A stretch of 46,323 nucleotides of DNA from a virus (IMGVR_UViG_3300037467_000877:1-46323); one strand, 5' to 3'; positions 1 through 8,685 are shown, counted from the first letter of the stretch. Notes: a model not told the origin generated them from the sequence alone. Numbers and translations: made by a program.

Positions 1-175
1 GATGAAGTCACCAGGCTAAGTGTGCGATTGGTGGCTAGGTGTGCGTAATCGATCGTATAAAGTGCCTGGGGGCCGAGTCACCAGTTTGGGGAGTAAACTC
101 CCACCCACGTCGGATGTGTCAAAGTTGACACAATGAACGCGCGCGCGATGCCAGGGCTCCCTACGCCATCTGCCG
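1..175 (+). repeat. Terminal direct repeat, left copy
   Basis: Identical to 46149..46323 except A128 vs G46276. Confidence 0.95.
115..132. promoter_or_regulatory. Palindromic operator-like site TGTGTCAA-AG-TTGACACA
   Basis: Perfect 8-bp inverted repeat; a related site lies at 652..669. Confidence 0.5.
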
Positions 176-239
176 CCCCCGCCTACGGCTGAGTTGGCAC
201 GATTCGTGGCTGACGGCAGTGTGGTGCGATTGCCACGTT

Positions 240-641
240 CTTACCCCGCTAATGTGGCATTTAGACCATACCCTAGCTTCCCAGTCTAGTGGGGGCGTCT
301 AACCGCGCATAAGGACTGGACTAGATGGGTAATGCGGGTAAGTATCTGAAGCTGCAGCCGAAAGGGGTGGGGTGGCCTACCCCCTATCGACAGGTTTGTG
401 GGGGCGCGAACCCACAGCGGGGCCGCCCATGGTGCCGAAACTCCAAAACCTTTCGACTTGTGCAGTGCGTTAATCCCAACGCTCTTACGGAATGCCGCAA
501 GGACCCGTGCCAACTTGTACCGGCCGACAGCGCGTTACCCGATCGCGGCGCGGCGCGTCACAGTCAGGATGGACGCCCCTAGCACCCACCTACCAACAGC
601 CGGCTCGGGACCGTGTCTGGGATTGGGGTCCAGCGCGGTCC
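240..641 (+). ncRNA. Candidate structured non-coding RNA or structured DNA region
   Basis: No convincing ORF. Stems at 240-249/334-342, 283-290/315-322, 364-371/376-383, 397-402/411-416 and 608-620/630-641; G-U pairs mostly favour the + strand. Confidence 0.35.
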
Positions 642-651
642 TACACCGTTT

Positions 652-669
652 TGTGTCAAAATCGACACG
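652..669. promoter_or_regulatory. Second operator-like site TGTGTCAA-AA-TCGACACG
   Basis: GTGTC-N6-GACAC dyad like 115..132, just upstream of the -35 box at 677. Confidence 0.45.
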
Positions 670-676
670 AGACACC

Positions 677-705
677 TTGTCACACCGTGCCCCAATGCTT
701 ATAGT
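677..705 (+). promoter_or_regulatory. Sigma70-type promoter for the packaging/virion operon
   Basis: TTGTCA(677-682)-17 nt-TATAGT(700-705), followed by leader stem GTGGTCCC(711-718)/GGGACCAC(749-756). Confidence 0.65.
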
Positions 706-832
706 AAGAAGTGGTCCCGCCCGCGACCTGCCATGGTCCGGTTGAACAGGGACCACACATTTAGAGCGCCCGCTTAGACCTGCTAGTCACCCCCGTGGCG
801 CAGGTGGGCCGCTCGCAACGCGCGGAGCTGTC

Positions 833-1024
833 GTGCCCCTCGTCAAGTCCACTGGCCACCGGGCCTTTAGTACGAACATCAAGCGTGAGATGGCCGCCGG
901 CAAGCCCCAGAAGCAGGCCGTAGCCATCGCCTATTCGGTCAAGCGCGAGGCGCAGAGCCGTGGTGGCCACATGACGGCTGCCAAGAATCACGCCGCGCAG
1001 CACCGCAAGAAGCACGGGTACTAA
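833..1024 (+). CDS. Small basic phage protein
   Basis: MPL..S...NIKREMAAGKPQKQAVAIAY pattern, familiar from small proteins upstream of phage terminases; GGAG SD. Confidence 0.8.
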   Translation: MPLVKSTGHRAFSTNIKREMAAGKPQKQAVAIAYSVKREAQSRGGHMTAAKNHAAQHRKKHGY

Positions 1025-1479
1025 TGCTCGCGTGTAGGCTGTGTCGAGTCCCACTGGCTGCTGCTGATGGCTGTGCTGTCTGCAACCCCATCCGCCACAA
1101 TCTGGTGGTTGTTGGTGAGAGCGAAGACGAGCGCCCGTCCCTCAGTGGTGTATCCGCCGAGGTCGTGACGACGCTGCGGTCCCAGGTCACGCACTTGACC
1201 AAGGCCCTGAAGTCCGACCCCGACAACGATAGCGCTCACAAGAAGCTCGTGGCCACGGCGAACAGCATGGCCAAGGTACTCGGTGAGGCTCGGAAGCTCC
1301 AGGAAGACGGCAAGGACGCCGTCGACAACATGAACTTTGCGGAGAAGGCCAAGCTCTTCATCGAGTGGATTGCCACGCTCCCTCCGGCCTATCGCCAGGG
1401 TATTCGCGAGCAGATGGCCGACTTCGAGGCCCGAGTGTCAGCCCCGGTGAAGCCCAACGACGAGCCGGTGCTGTCGTGA
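1024..1479 (+). CDS. Hypothetical protein with N-terminal Cys cluster and helical body; possible terminase small subunit
   Basis: Coupled start (TAATG), CxxC...CxxC, position upstream of TerL. Confidence 0.65.
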   Translation: MLACRLCRVPLAAADGCAVCNPIRHNLVVVGESEDERPSLSGVSAEVVTTLRSQVTHLTKALKSDPDNDSAHKKLVATANSMAKVLGEARKLQEDGKDAVDNMNFAEKAKLFIEWIATLPPAYRQGIREQMADFEARVSAPVKPNDEPVLS

Positions 1480-1640
1480 CCATCGACGAATTCAAGGCTG
1501 ACCTGGCCAACCTCACGATCGAGCGGCCTACTCAACTTCGCGAGGACGGCCACTTCCCTGGCTGTGCCTACATCGGGTGTCAGGCTACTCGATGTGCTGA
1601 CGCACGCATCATGCGCGACTACGCACGGTCTCGTCGATGA
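1476..1640 (+). CDS. Small hypothetical protein (His/Cys motif)
   Basis: GTGA overlap with the upstream stop and ATGA overlap with the downstream start. Confidence 0.55.
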   Translation: MTIDEFKADLANLTIERPTQLREDGHFPGCAYIGCQATRCADARIMRDYARSRR

Positions 1641-2068
1641 ATGACCCCGTTCTGATTCGGCAGCTCGCCCCGGGTGACCTGTCGTTCGTATTCTCCACCT
1701 GGCTTCGCGACCTACGTGATGCTGATGGTGGACCACTCAGTGATGACGAGTGGTATCCGGCCCATAGAGCTCTAATCGAGCGCGTCCTGGGCTCCAAGCA
1801 GACAGTGGCCCTGGTGGCCGCAGCAGCCGACAAGCCCGAGGAAATCCTTGGCTACGTGGTGGCTGAACCCAACGAGGTACTCTGGTGGGTAACGGTACGG
1901 AAGCCGCTCCGAAAGCGCGGGCTCGCAAAGCGGTTGCTGATGGCAGCCAACGCCCCAGCGGGGACTCCGGCAGCGTGGTCGACGCCCGACAGCCGGGCCC
2001 GGCTACAGAATCCACCGCGGGGTCGTCGAATCCGCCAACGACAAAAGCCGTCCCACTCTTCCAAGTAG
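1637..2068 (+). CDS. GNAT-family acetyltransferase-like protein
   Basis: ILGYVV...WVTVRKPLRKRGLAKRLL resembles GNAT motif A (V...R..G.A..LL). Confidence 0.7.
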   Translation: MNDPVLIRQLAPGDLSFVFSTWLRDLRDADGGPLSDDEWYPAHRALIERVLGSKQTVALVAAAADKPEEILGYVVAEPNEVLWWVTVRKPLRKRGLAKRLLMAANAPAGTPAAWSTPDSRARLQNPPRGRRIRQRQKPSHSSK

Positions 2069-2337
2069 ACGGCGAGGCGGTATCTGAATTTCGAGCGCTG
2101 CTAGTCGGTGGACCGGGCTGCCTGATTACCCGCGAGGGTGGGACAGCCACAATTGACAAGGTCTACTTCGACGAGCGCGGATTTGACCTGGGTGAAGGTC
2201 CCGACCGAGCCATCAGTGGCCTCAAGGTCGAGCGGGCCCACTACCTGACCCCCGACGGGTTGCACCTCTGGCTGACGAAGTCCTGGCACGTGTTCATCCC
2301 CAGCAGCTCACTTAGAGCCTGCTACCGGATGGCTTAG
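1885..2337 (+). CDS. Hypothetical protein overlapping the GNAT gene
   Basis: GAGGT SD 6 nt before GTG1885; globular-looking C-terminal half fills 2068-2337. Confidence 0.55.
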   Translation: MGNGTEAAPKARARKAVADGSQRPSGDSGSVVDARQPGPATESTAGSSNPPTTKAVPLFQVDGEAVSEFRALLVGGPGCLITREGGTATIDKVYFDERGFDLGEGPDRAISGLKVERAHYLTPDGLHLWLTKSWHVFIPSSSLRACYRMA

Positions 2338-2436
2338 CCAGGAGTGGTCCTAACCACCTATCGCCTGGCACCCTTGACTCCCAATTTAACTACGGAGCAC
2401 CGCGTTAGCAAGGCCTAATCGCAGTGCCACTGGACG

Positions 2437-4083
2437 TTGCCTCGTAAGCCTAACAAAGACCTACTGGCCCATCTGTTCGCCAGCGTCGCTCAGTCCGCTC
2501 AGGCGCGTCGCAAGACGTCCCAGTGGTCTGATAAGGCTGGAGCGCTCCGCAGCGTGCTACGGCCCCACCAGGCGCGGCTAGAGGCCGACCCGGCCCTTCG
2601 TAAGGCCGTCCGGTCAGCGCGTCAGGTCGGCAAGTCCACCGCTGCTACGCTCATTGCCGCCATTCGGTGTCTGGACCACGCCCAGTCCGACTGGGTTGTC
2701 ATTGGTCTGACTCGGCCGTCCGTCAAGCGCATTTACTGGTCCGCTCTCCAGCGCCTCAACGAGGCGTTCGAGCTGGGCATCAAGTTCCAGCACCAGGAGC
2801 TGACGGCCACGTTTCCCAACGGGTCTCGCATCTACTTTGTTGGTGCCGAGAACTGGGCCGAAATCGAAAAGCTCCGTGGTGGTCGTTATCACGGGGCCAT
2901 TGTTGACGAGTGCAAGTCGTTCCCCATGGTCATCTTCGAGGCGCTCCTTCAGGACGTCTTGGAGCCGGCGCTCATGGGCCAGGCTGGCGAGCTGATCATC
3001 ATCGGTACCCCCGGTGAAGTCCTACTCGGAGAATTCTACCTCGCCACCTGCCGCCCAGCCGTGTTACGCGGCCTCGACAATGGGACTGAACGGTGGTCCA
3101 ACCGACAGTACCTGAATCCGGCTGAGGATGGCCGTGAGGCGCTGTGGTCCCTGCACGTCTGGACGTTGCAGGACAACGACATCAAGTTCAAGGACCCCCG
3201 GACGGGCGCGACCTTCACGCTGTGGGACAAGGCCCTCAAGATTAAGGCCGACCGTGGCTGGAGTGACAACCACCCGACCTGGCGGCGCGAGTACCTCGGT
3301 GATTGGGTGGCCATGGAAGGCCTGCTGGTCTACAGGTACCGCCCCCATGTTCACGACTACGTTCCACTACAGGACACGAAGTGGGGTCTGCCAGAAGTAG
3401 TCCTGAGCCAACGGCTGCACACCGTAATTGGGTTCGACTTCGGGTCTCGTGATGGCACGGCTCTGGTGGTGTGGGCATTCTCCGATACGACCCCCGACCT
3501 GTGGGAGGTCTACTCGGAGAAACGAGTGGTGGCTCCGGGTCAGAAGATGCCCGTCAAGGACATCGCTGCTTGGTACAAGGAAGTTGAGGCTGAGTATGGC
3601 CCATTTGAGGGCTGGCCGGCTGACTTCGCGGGTCTCGCCACGATGGTGATGGACACGCTTGCCGACGAGCACGGTGTCTTCCTTGAGCCCGCCGAGAAGA
3701 AGCAGAAGAACGACCACATTGAGCTGTTCAACAATGACCTCGACGCCGGCCGCATCCACATCCGCAAGGGGTCAGTGCTGTCGCACGAGCTGATGGGCCA
3801 CAAGTGGTCCGACAAGCACATGGTCAAGGTTGATGACCGCTCGGTGCTGGTGACGGATAAGCGCAAGGAGTCCGACGAGACTCCTAACGATGTGTGTGAC
3901 GCGGGCCTGTACGCCTTTCGTTGGTGTCGGCATCGGCAGGCCAAGCCCGAGGTCGCAGCTGCCCCCATGTTCACTCGTGAATGGTGGGCACGAATAGCAG
4001 CCGAAGAGCTGAAGCAGGCTGAGGACCGAGCGCGAGCCGCGCGATCCCCCGCAGAGCTGGACATGCCGTGGTGGGAGCGATGA
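2437..4083 (+). CDS. terL: Terminase large subunit
   Basis: Walker A ARQVGKST, Walker B IVDE, coupling motif IIGTP, RNase H-like GFDFGSRD and C-terminal DVCDAGLY. Confidence 0.92.
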   Translation: MPRKPNKDLLAHLFASVAQSAQARRKTSQWSDKAGALRSVLRPHQARLEADPALRKAVRSARQVGKSTAATLIAAIRCLDHAQSDWVVIGLTRPSVKRIYWSALQRLNEAFELGIKFQHQELTATFPNGSRIYFVGAENWAEIEKLRGGRYHGAIVDECKSFPMVIFEALLQDVLEPALMGQAGELIIIGTPGEVLLGEFYLATCRPAVLRGLDNGTERWSNRQYLNPAEDGREALWSLHVWTLQDNDIKFKDPRTGATFTLWDKALKIKADRGWSDNHPTWRREYLGDWVAMEGLLVYRYRPHVHDYVPLQDTKWGLPEVVLSQRLHTVIGFDFGSRDGTALVVWAFSDTTPDLWEVYSEKRVVAPGQKMPVKDIAAWYKEVEAEYGPFEGWPADFAGLATMVMDTLADEHGVFLEPAEKKQKNDHIELFNNDLDAGRIHIRKGSVLSHELMGHKWSDKHMVKVDDRSVLVTDKRKESDETPNDVCDAGLYAFRWCRHRQAKPEVAAAPMFTREWWARIAAEELKQAEDRARAARSPAELDMPWWER

Positions 4084-4331
4084 GCCCTGACGATTTGAAG
4101 CAGTACCTGAAGGTCCTCCGCGAGGGCAATGTGATGTCGGCCAACCTGAAGTTCCCGGATGGATTCGCGCTCGCCGTGGTGATGGGCCCTGACCCAATGC
4201 CCGAAGCTCAGAGCGAGAACCCGGCCCCGGGTGGCTGGAAGACCGATGTGCAGGACCCTGACCCGCTTGGGCTCGGTGCGCTTGATGCCGAATTCGCAAT
4301 GGACCCACTGCCGGTGCCTGAGGTTGAGTAA
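4080..4331 (+). CDS. Small hypothetical protein between terminase and portal
   Basis: ATGA overlap with the terL stop; TAATG coupling to the portal gene. Confidence 0.7.
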   Translation: MSPDDLKQYLKVLREGNVMSANLKFPDGFALAVVMGPDPMPEAQSENPAPGGWKTDVQDPDPLGLGALDAEFAMDPLPVPEVE

Positions 4332-6226
4332 TGGCGGACCAGAGTCCACTGTTCCTGTTTGGCCAGCTGCCGCTCCCGTGGTGGGAGCACGAGGCCACTG
4401 ACGACTCGAATCCTCAGCTAGCTCGCGCCGTCATTGACACGTGCCAGGACATCGAGAAGCGACAGTTCTCCATTTTCGAGGGCAACCGTCGGCACGCCAA
4501 GATTTACGCCGGCTACCTTCCACAGGGGCTGGCCTGGGGCTCGTCCCCGACGGCCAATGCTCGTGTGCCGTTCGAGGCCACCAAGGGCCTGATTCGGTCG
4601 GTGTGCGATACGGCGACGGCTCTCATTGTGCGTACCCGACCGCGCGCGGCGATCGTGACGGATGGCGCCGACTGGAACGTGGCCCAAGAGGCCGACCAGA
4701 TGGAGCAGTTCTGCACTGGTGCCTACGAGCTGTCCAATATCTACAAGGTGGCCCCGCGCTCCTTCCACGACTCCACCATCTTTGGTACGGGCGGCTGGAA
4801 GTACGTCGAGCGCGGCCAGGGCGACCAGTACAGGATCGAGACCGAGCGCGTTCTACCCGATGACCTGGTGGTCGACGAGGACGAGTGTCGCGAGCACCTT
4901 GAGCCCCAGAACGTTTACCACCGCGTCATTGTGCGGACTGAGGCGATTCTACGCCGGTACGCCTCCGGCGATAGCGCCCGTGACACTGAGCTGCGCCTGA
5001 AGCTGCTCGCGGCCGGAGGTCAGGGAACATGGCCTACTCGGTACGTTCCCAAGGACTACATGGTGGTCGTGATGGCCTATCACGTAGACCCCGACGACCC
5101 GTCCAAGAATCGTCGCGTGCTAGCCGCTGGCAACGTGGTCCTCAGCGATGAACAATGGCCATTCCCCTGGCACCCGTTCACGTTCCTCTGGTGGGCTCTT
5201 CCGATTACTGGCTTTTACGGTGACGGCATCGCCTATCGTCAGTTTGGCCGCCAGCAGCGCATCACGTATCTGTATCGCTGGATTCATCGCTGCCAGGAGC
5301 TGTTCGCCACGCCTACCGCCTGGGTGGACCCGGCCGGTGGACCGCCCGTCCAGCACATGAGCAACGAGATTGGTCGCGTGGTGATGACGCGCCGCCCGCC
5401 AGTCTTCCAGGTGCCCAATGCGGTGCCGCCCGAGATTTATCGGTGGCTCGACGAGCTGGAGCGCGGTGGCTACGAGGACGAGGGCATCTCCCAGGTGACG
5501 GCCGACAATCGGCTGCCGCCCGGCATCGAGAGTGCGCCCGCTCAACGTGAGTACTCCTACAAGGAGGGCCAGCGGTTCGCGCCGGTCAGCCAGCGTTGGG
5601 AGGACGCCGTGGGTATTGACCCCGCCTACAAGCTCATTGCGATGTACCGCCGGCATATGATGAAGACCGAGAGCAAACTCACAGTCAAGTGGGCCGACCG
5701 TCGGTTTGTGCATCAGGTTGACTGGCCCAACATCCCCGACGACAAGTTTGTGGTCCGCGCCGAGGCCGCGTCGCTCGACTCGCTGTCCCCGGCCGCTCGC
5801 ATCCAGAGCGCGCTCGAATTGGCCCAGACTGGCTGGGTGAGCCCGCAGGAAGGTCGCGAGCTGGTTGACCATCCCGACCTTCGTGAGTCCGACGAGATGG
5901 ACAACGCGCCGCGTGCCTACGCCCGCAAGGTCCTCCAGCGGCTCTACAAGGGTGAGTCCGTTCAGGTGGACGAGTACGCCGACCTGGGCACCCTTGAGGA
6001 CATTGTTCGCAAGGGCCGACTTCTGGCTATTGATAAAAACGCGCCCGACCGCATCGTGGACGGGTTGTCGCGCTTCCTAGACGACCTAGACGCTCAAAAG
6101 CAGAAGGTCGCACAAGCACAAGCCGCTCAGATGGCTATGCAAGGCTCGGCTGGAGCCCCTGCCCCGGGTATGAGTACCGCCGCGTCTCAGGGCATGCCGG
6201 TTCCATTCGGAGGCGGCCAAGGCTGA
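4331..6226 (+). CDS. Portal protein (podovirus-type)
   Basis: 631 aa, directly after the terminase, with a Q/A/M/P-rich C-terminal tail typical of P22/T7-like portals. Confidence 0.82.
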   Translation: MADQSPLFLFGQLPLPWWEHEATDDSNPQLARAVIDTCQDIEKRQFSIFEGNRRHAKIYAGYLPQGLAWGSSPTANARVPFEATKGLIRSVCDTATALIVRTRPRAAIVTDGADWNVAQEADQMEQFCTGAYELSNIYKVAPRSFHDSTIFGTGGWKYVERGQGDQYRIETERVLPDDLVVDEDECREHLEPQNVYHRVIVRTEAILRRYASGDSARDTELRLKLLAAGGQGTWPTRYVPKDYMVVVMAYHVDPDDPSKNRRVLAAGNVVLSDEQWPFPWHPFTFLWWALPITGFYGDGIAYRQFGRQQRITYLYRWIHRCQELFATPTAWVDPAGGPPVQHMSNEIGRVVMTRRPPVFQVPNAVPPEIYRWLDELERGGYEDEGISQVTADNRLPPGIESAPAQREYSYKEGQRFAPVSQRWEDAVGIDPAYKLIAMYRRHMMKTESKLTVKWADRRFVHQVDWPNIPDDKFVVRAEAASLDSLSPAARIQSALELAQTGWVSPQEGRELVDHPDLRESDEMDNAPRAYARKVLQRLYKGESVQVDEYADLGTLEDIVRKGRLLAIDKNAPDRIVDGLSRFLDDLDAQKQKVAQAQAAQMAMQGSAGAPAPGMSTAASQGMPVPFGGGQG

Positions 6227-6229
6227 GCA

Positions 6230-7210
6230 ATGAGTGACGAGATGACGGGCGCGGCGAGCGCCGCTGGTGGAGAGTCCATCGGCTTTCTGGGTGGTCTGCC
6301 GCCCGCCCCTATCGAGCAGGACCAGACCGAACAGCCGGAGCAGCCGAAGCAGGACGAGCCCAAGGCCGAGGAGGCTAAGCCAGCAGAAGGCAAGCCCGAC
6401 CCCGCCAAGGAGTCCCTGGCCGCCCTAATCCGCAAGCAGCGAGAGGACCGTCAGGCTCGTGAGGTTGAGGCCAAGCGCGCCAAGGACAACGAGTCCAAGC
6501 TCGCCGAGGCCCAGTCCGAGATTGACAAGCTGAAGCGGACGTCCGCCGAATTTGAGGCGGACCCCGTGGCTTACGCCAAGGCGCACGGATGGTCGAAGGA
6601 GAAGCAGGCCCTGATGGGGCAGATGCTGCTCTACGACCTGGTCCCGGAGAAGGCCACGCCGGAGATTCGGCAGCGGCTTTTCGAGTTGCGCCAGGAACAG
6701 AAGGAGCGCGAGCGGGTTGCCAAGGATGACCAGGCAGCCAAGGAGCGCGCCCAGGCGGCCGAGAAGGCCCAATATGAAGCATTCGTCGGCACGGTGGACC
6801 AAGCCGTGCGTGCCTTTCCGGCGGGGAGCCACCCCGAGTCGGAGGACTGGTTCGGTGATGACCACGACACCTACGTTAAGTCGCTGGTAGCTACGGCCTT
6901 GAACCTTATCAAGGCTGGCTCAGCGGCGGGTCAAGCAGCAGACCTTAGCCCGGCCAATCTGGCCAGGGTTCTTGAGACTGAAGTTGCGCGCAAGATGAAG
7001 GTGCGCGACGAGCGGCGCAGCAAGCGTGAGCCGGTGACACCGGAAGAGCAGAAGGCCGGGGCCATGAGTGGCTCGGTCGGCGGGGGGCTTCCCGTTGATA
7101 GCACCAAGGGCACCACGGTTCGTGGGGCTCCACTGCCGAAGGCCAAGACCGACCAGGAGCGTTTAGCTCGCGCGGTTGCGGTGGCCTTCAAGGCTCCCGG
7201 TACTCGCTAA
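6230..7210 (+). CDS. Capsid scaffolding protein
   Basis: Highly charged coiled-coil protein with an acidic Pro-rich N-terminus, between portal and capsid. Confidence 0.7.
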   Translation: MSDEMTGAASAAGGESIGFLGGLPPAPIEQDQTEQPEQPKQDEPKAEEAKPAEGKPDPAKESLAALIRKQREDRQAREVEAKRAKDNESKLAEAQSEIDKLKRTSAEFEADPVAYAKAHGWSKEKQALMGQMLLYDLVPEKATPEIRQRLFELRQEQKERERVAKDDQAAKERAQAAEKAQYEAFVGTVDQAVRAFPAGSHPESEDWFGDDHDTYVKSLVATALNLIKAGSAAGQAADLSPANLARVLETEVARKMKVRDERRSKREPVTPEEQKAGAMSGSVGGGLPVDSTKGTTVRGAPLPKAKTDQERLARAVAVAFKAPGTR

Positions 7211-7255
7211 GCGGACCACTAAGCCCGCTAGCTCACGAAATAGGAGGTCGCTCAA

Positions 7256-8551
7256 ATGGCGACCGTTCTTGGCGACGTTCAATGGAACGCGCTTCTCAAG
7301 GAATTGTATCCCGACGGGCTCCCCGCCGAGATCATGATGCGCAAGCACGTCCTTCTGTCCAAGTTGACGAAGGATGGTGATGCCTACGGCGACCACATGG
7401 TCATTCCTGTGGTCTTCGATAACCCGGCTGGTCGTAGCGCGGATATCGCGTCCCTGCTCGGCACCAATGGTCCGATTGCTCCTACGCAGTCGGTGAAGTT
7501 CCTGGTCTCGCTGTCCAGTGACTACGCCGCGACGTGGATTAACGAGCTGACCATCCGCAAGGCGGCCAATGACCGTGGTGCGTTCGTCAATGCCCGCAAG
7601 TTCGAGGTTGACGGCCTGCTCCGTCAGCTTGGTAACTCGCTGGCGCACGCACTCTATCGTGCTGGTGACGGCACGGTGGGCCAGGGCGATGGCGCATGGA
7701 CCATCACTGGCAAGGTTATCACTCTGAAGACTCGTGCTGACGCCAAGTTCTTTGGCATCGGCATGCAGTTGGACTTCATCGCGAACAGCTCAGGCAGCCC
7801 GAATGGCTCGCCTCGTGCTCTCGCGGCCACCTACCGCGTGGTTGTCACGGCGGTCGACGAGGATGGCGGCAAGATTACGTGTGCCAAGGACGCCAATGGC
7901 GCTGCGGTCACGAATATCTCGTCCTACTACACCTCGCTGGCCAACGATGACTTCATCGCGCCGGTTGGTGACTACAACAGCGCGTATGCGACGACGGGTG
8001 CTGTCAAGGTCCGTGGCCTCGCGGCCTGGATTCCGCTGACGGCGCCAGTCCTGGGTTCGGACAGCTTCTGGTCTGTGGACCGTGGCGTTCACCCGACCCG
8101 CCTGGCTGGCTCTCGCCTGAATGACTCCACGGCTCCGGCCGAGGACAGCATCATGGCGCTTGCCGAGGTGATGCACGAGCGTGGTGCGAACCCGGACATC
8201 GTCCTGATTTCGCCGCGCCAGTTCACCAAGATTAGCAAGCGGCTTAACGCCAAGGTCGAGTACGAAGGTGCGGGTGGTGAGGCCAAGTACGGCTTCATGA
8301 CCTTTGCCATTGCGACCTCGGCGGGCATGCTGCCGGTCTACGCGGACCCGGACTGCCCCGAGGACCGTGGCTACATCCTCACGATGGACACGTGGCGCAT
8401 CAAGCACCTCGGTCTGCCTGAGATTGTGACCACGGACGGCCTGAGCGCACTCCGTCGGCCTGGTCTCGACCAAATCGAGATTCGCTGCCGGTACTATGCG
8501 CAGCTGGTTTGCTACGCGCCGGGTGAAAACGGCGTCTTCGCTGTGTCGTAA
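7256..8551 (+). CDS. Major capsid protein
   Basis: 431 aa after the scaffold, strong AGGAGG SD, N-terminal LKELY motif, strongly biased codon use. Confidence 0.85.
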   Translation: MATVLGDVQWNALLKELYPDGLPAEIMMRKHVLLSKLTKDGDAYGDHMVIPVVFDNPAGRSADIASLLGTNGPIAPTQSVKFLVSLSSDYAATWINELTIRKAANDRGAFVNARKFEVDGLLRQLGNSLAHALYRAGDGTVGQGDGAWTITGKVITLKTRADAKFFGIGMQLDFIANSSGSPNGSPRALAATYRVVVTAVDEDGGKITCAKDANGAAVTNISSYYTSLANDDFIAPVGDYNSAYATTGAVKVRGLAAWIPLTAPVLGSDSFWSVDRGVHPTRLAGSRLNDSTAPAEDSIMALAEVMHERGANPDIVLISPRQFTKISKRLNAKVEYEGAGGEAKYGFMTFAIATSAGMLPVYADPDCPEDRGYILTMDTWRIKHLGLPEIVTTDGLSALRRPGLDQIEIRCRYYAQLVCYAPGENGVFAVS

Positions 8552-8552
8552 G

Positions 8553-8668
8553 GCATAGCCCCGACCTAACCCTCTAGTTGGGTTGGGTCCTGTTGAGCGA
8601 CCCTGACAGAGCTATGCACCCATCTTGGTACCAAAGGTGGTGAGTGCGTCGGGGTCGCCCAAGAGGGC
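8553..8668 (+). ncRNA. Candidate structured cis-regulatory RNA with pseudoknot or alternative pairing
   Basis: Pairings 8553-8559/8611-8617, 8563-8572/8580-8589, 8590-8595/8604-8609, 8620-8627/8634-8640 and 8597-8607/8648-8658. Confidence 0.55.
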
Positions 8669-8685
8669 CTAACCCGGAGAAGAAC

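Noticed and set aside
195-212. Sigma54 promoter (TTGGCACG...)
   Set aside because: The -12 element is GTGG rather than TTGC, and the GG-N10-GC spacing is off by one
286-756. Short ORFs in the left-end region
   Set aside because: They overlap on both strands, are Arg/Pro-rich and lack SD or motifs; the region appears non-coding
8603-8660. Hammerhead ribozyme (CTGACAGA resembles CUGANGA)
   Set aside because: The spacing does not match the core and no GAAA follows the next stem
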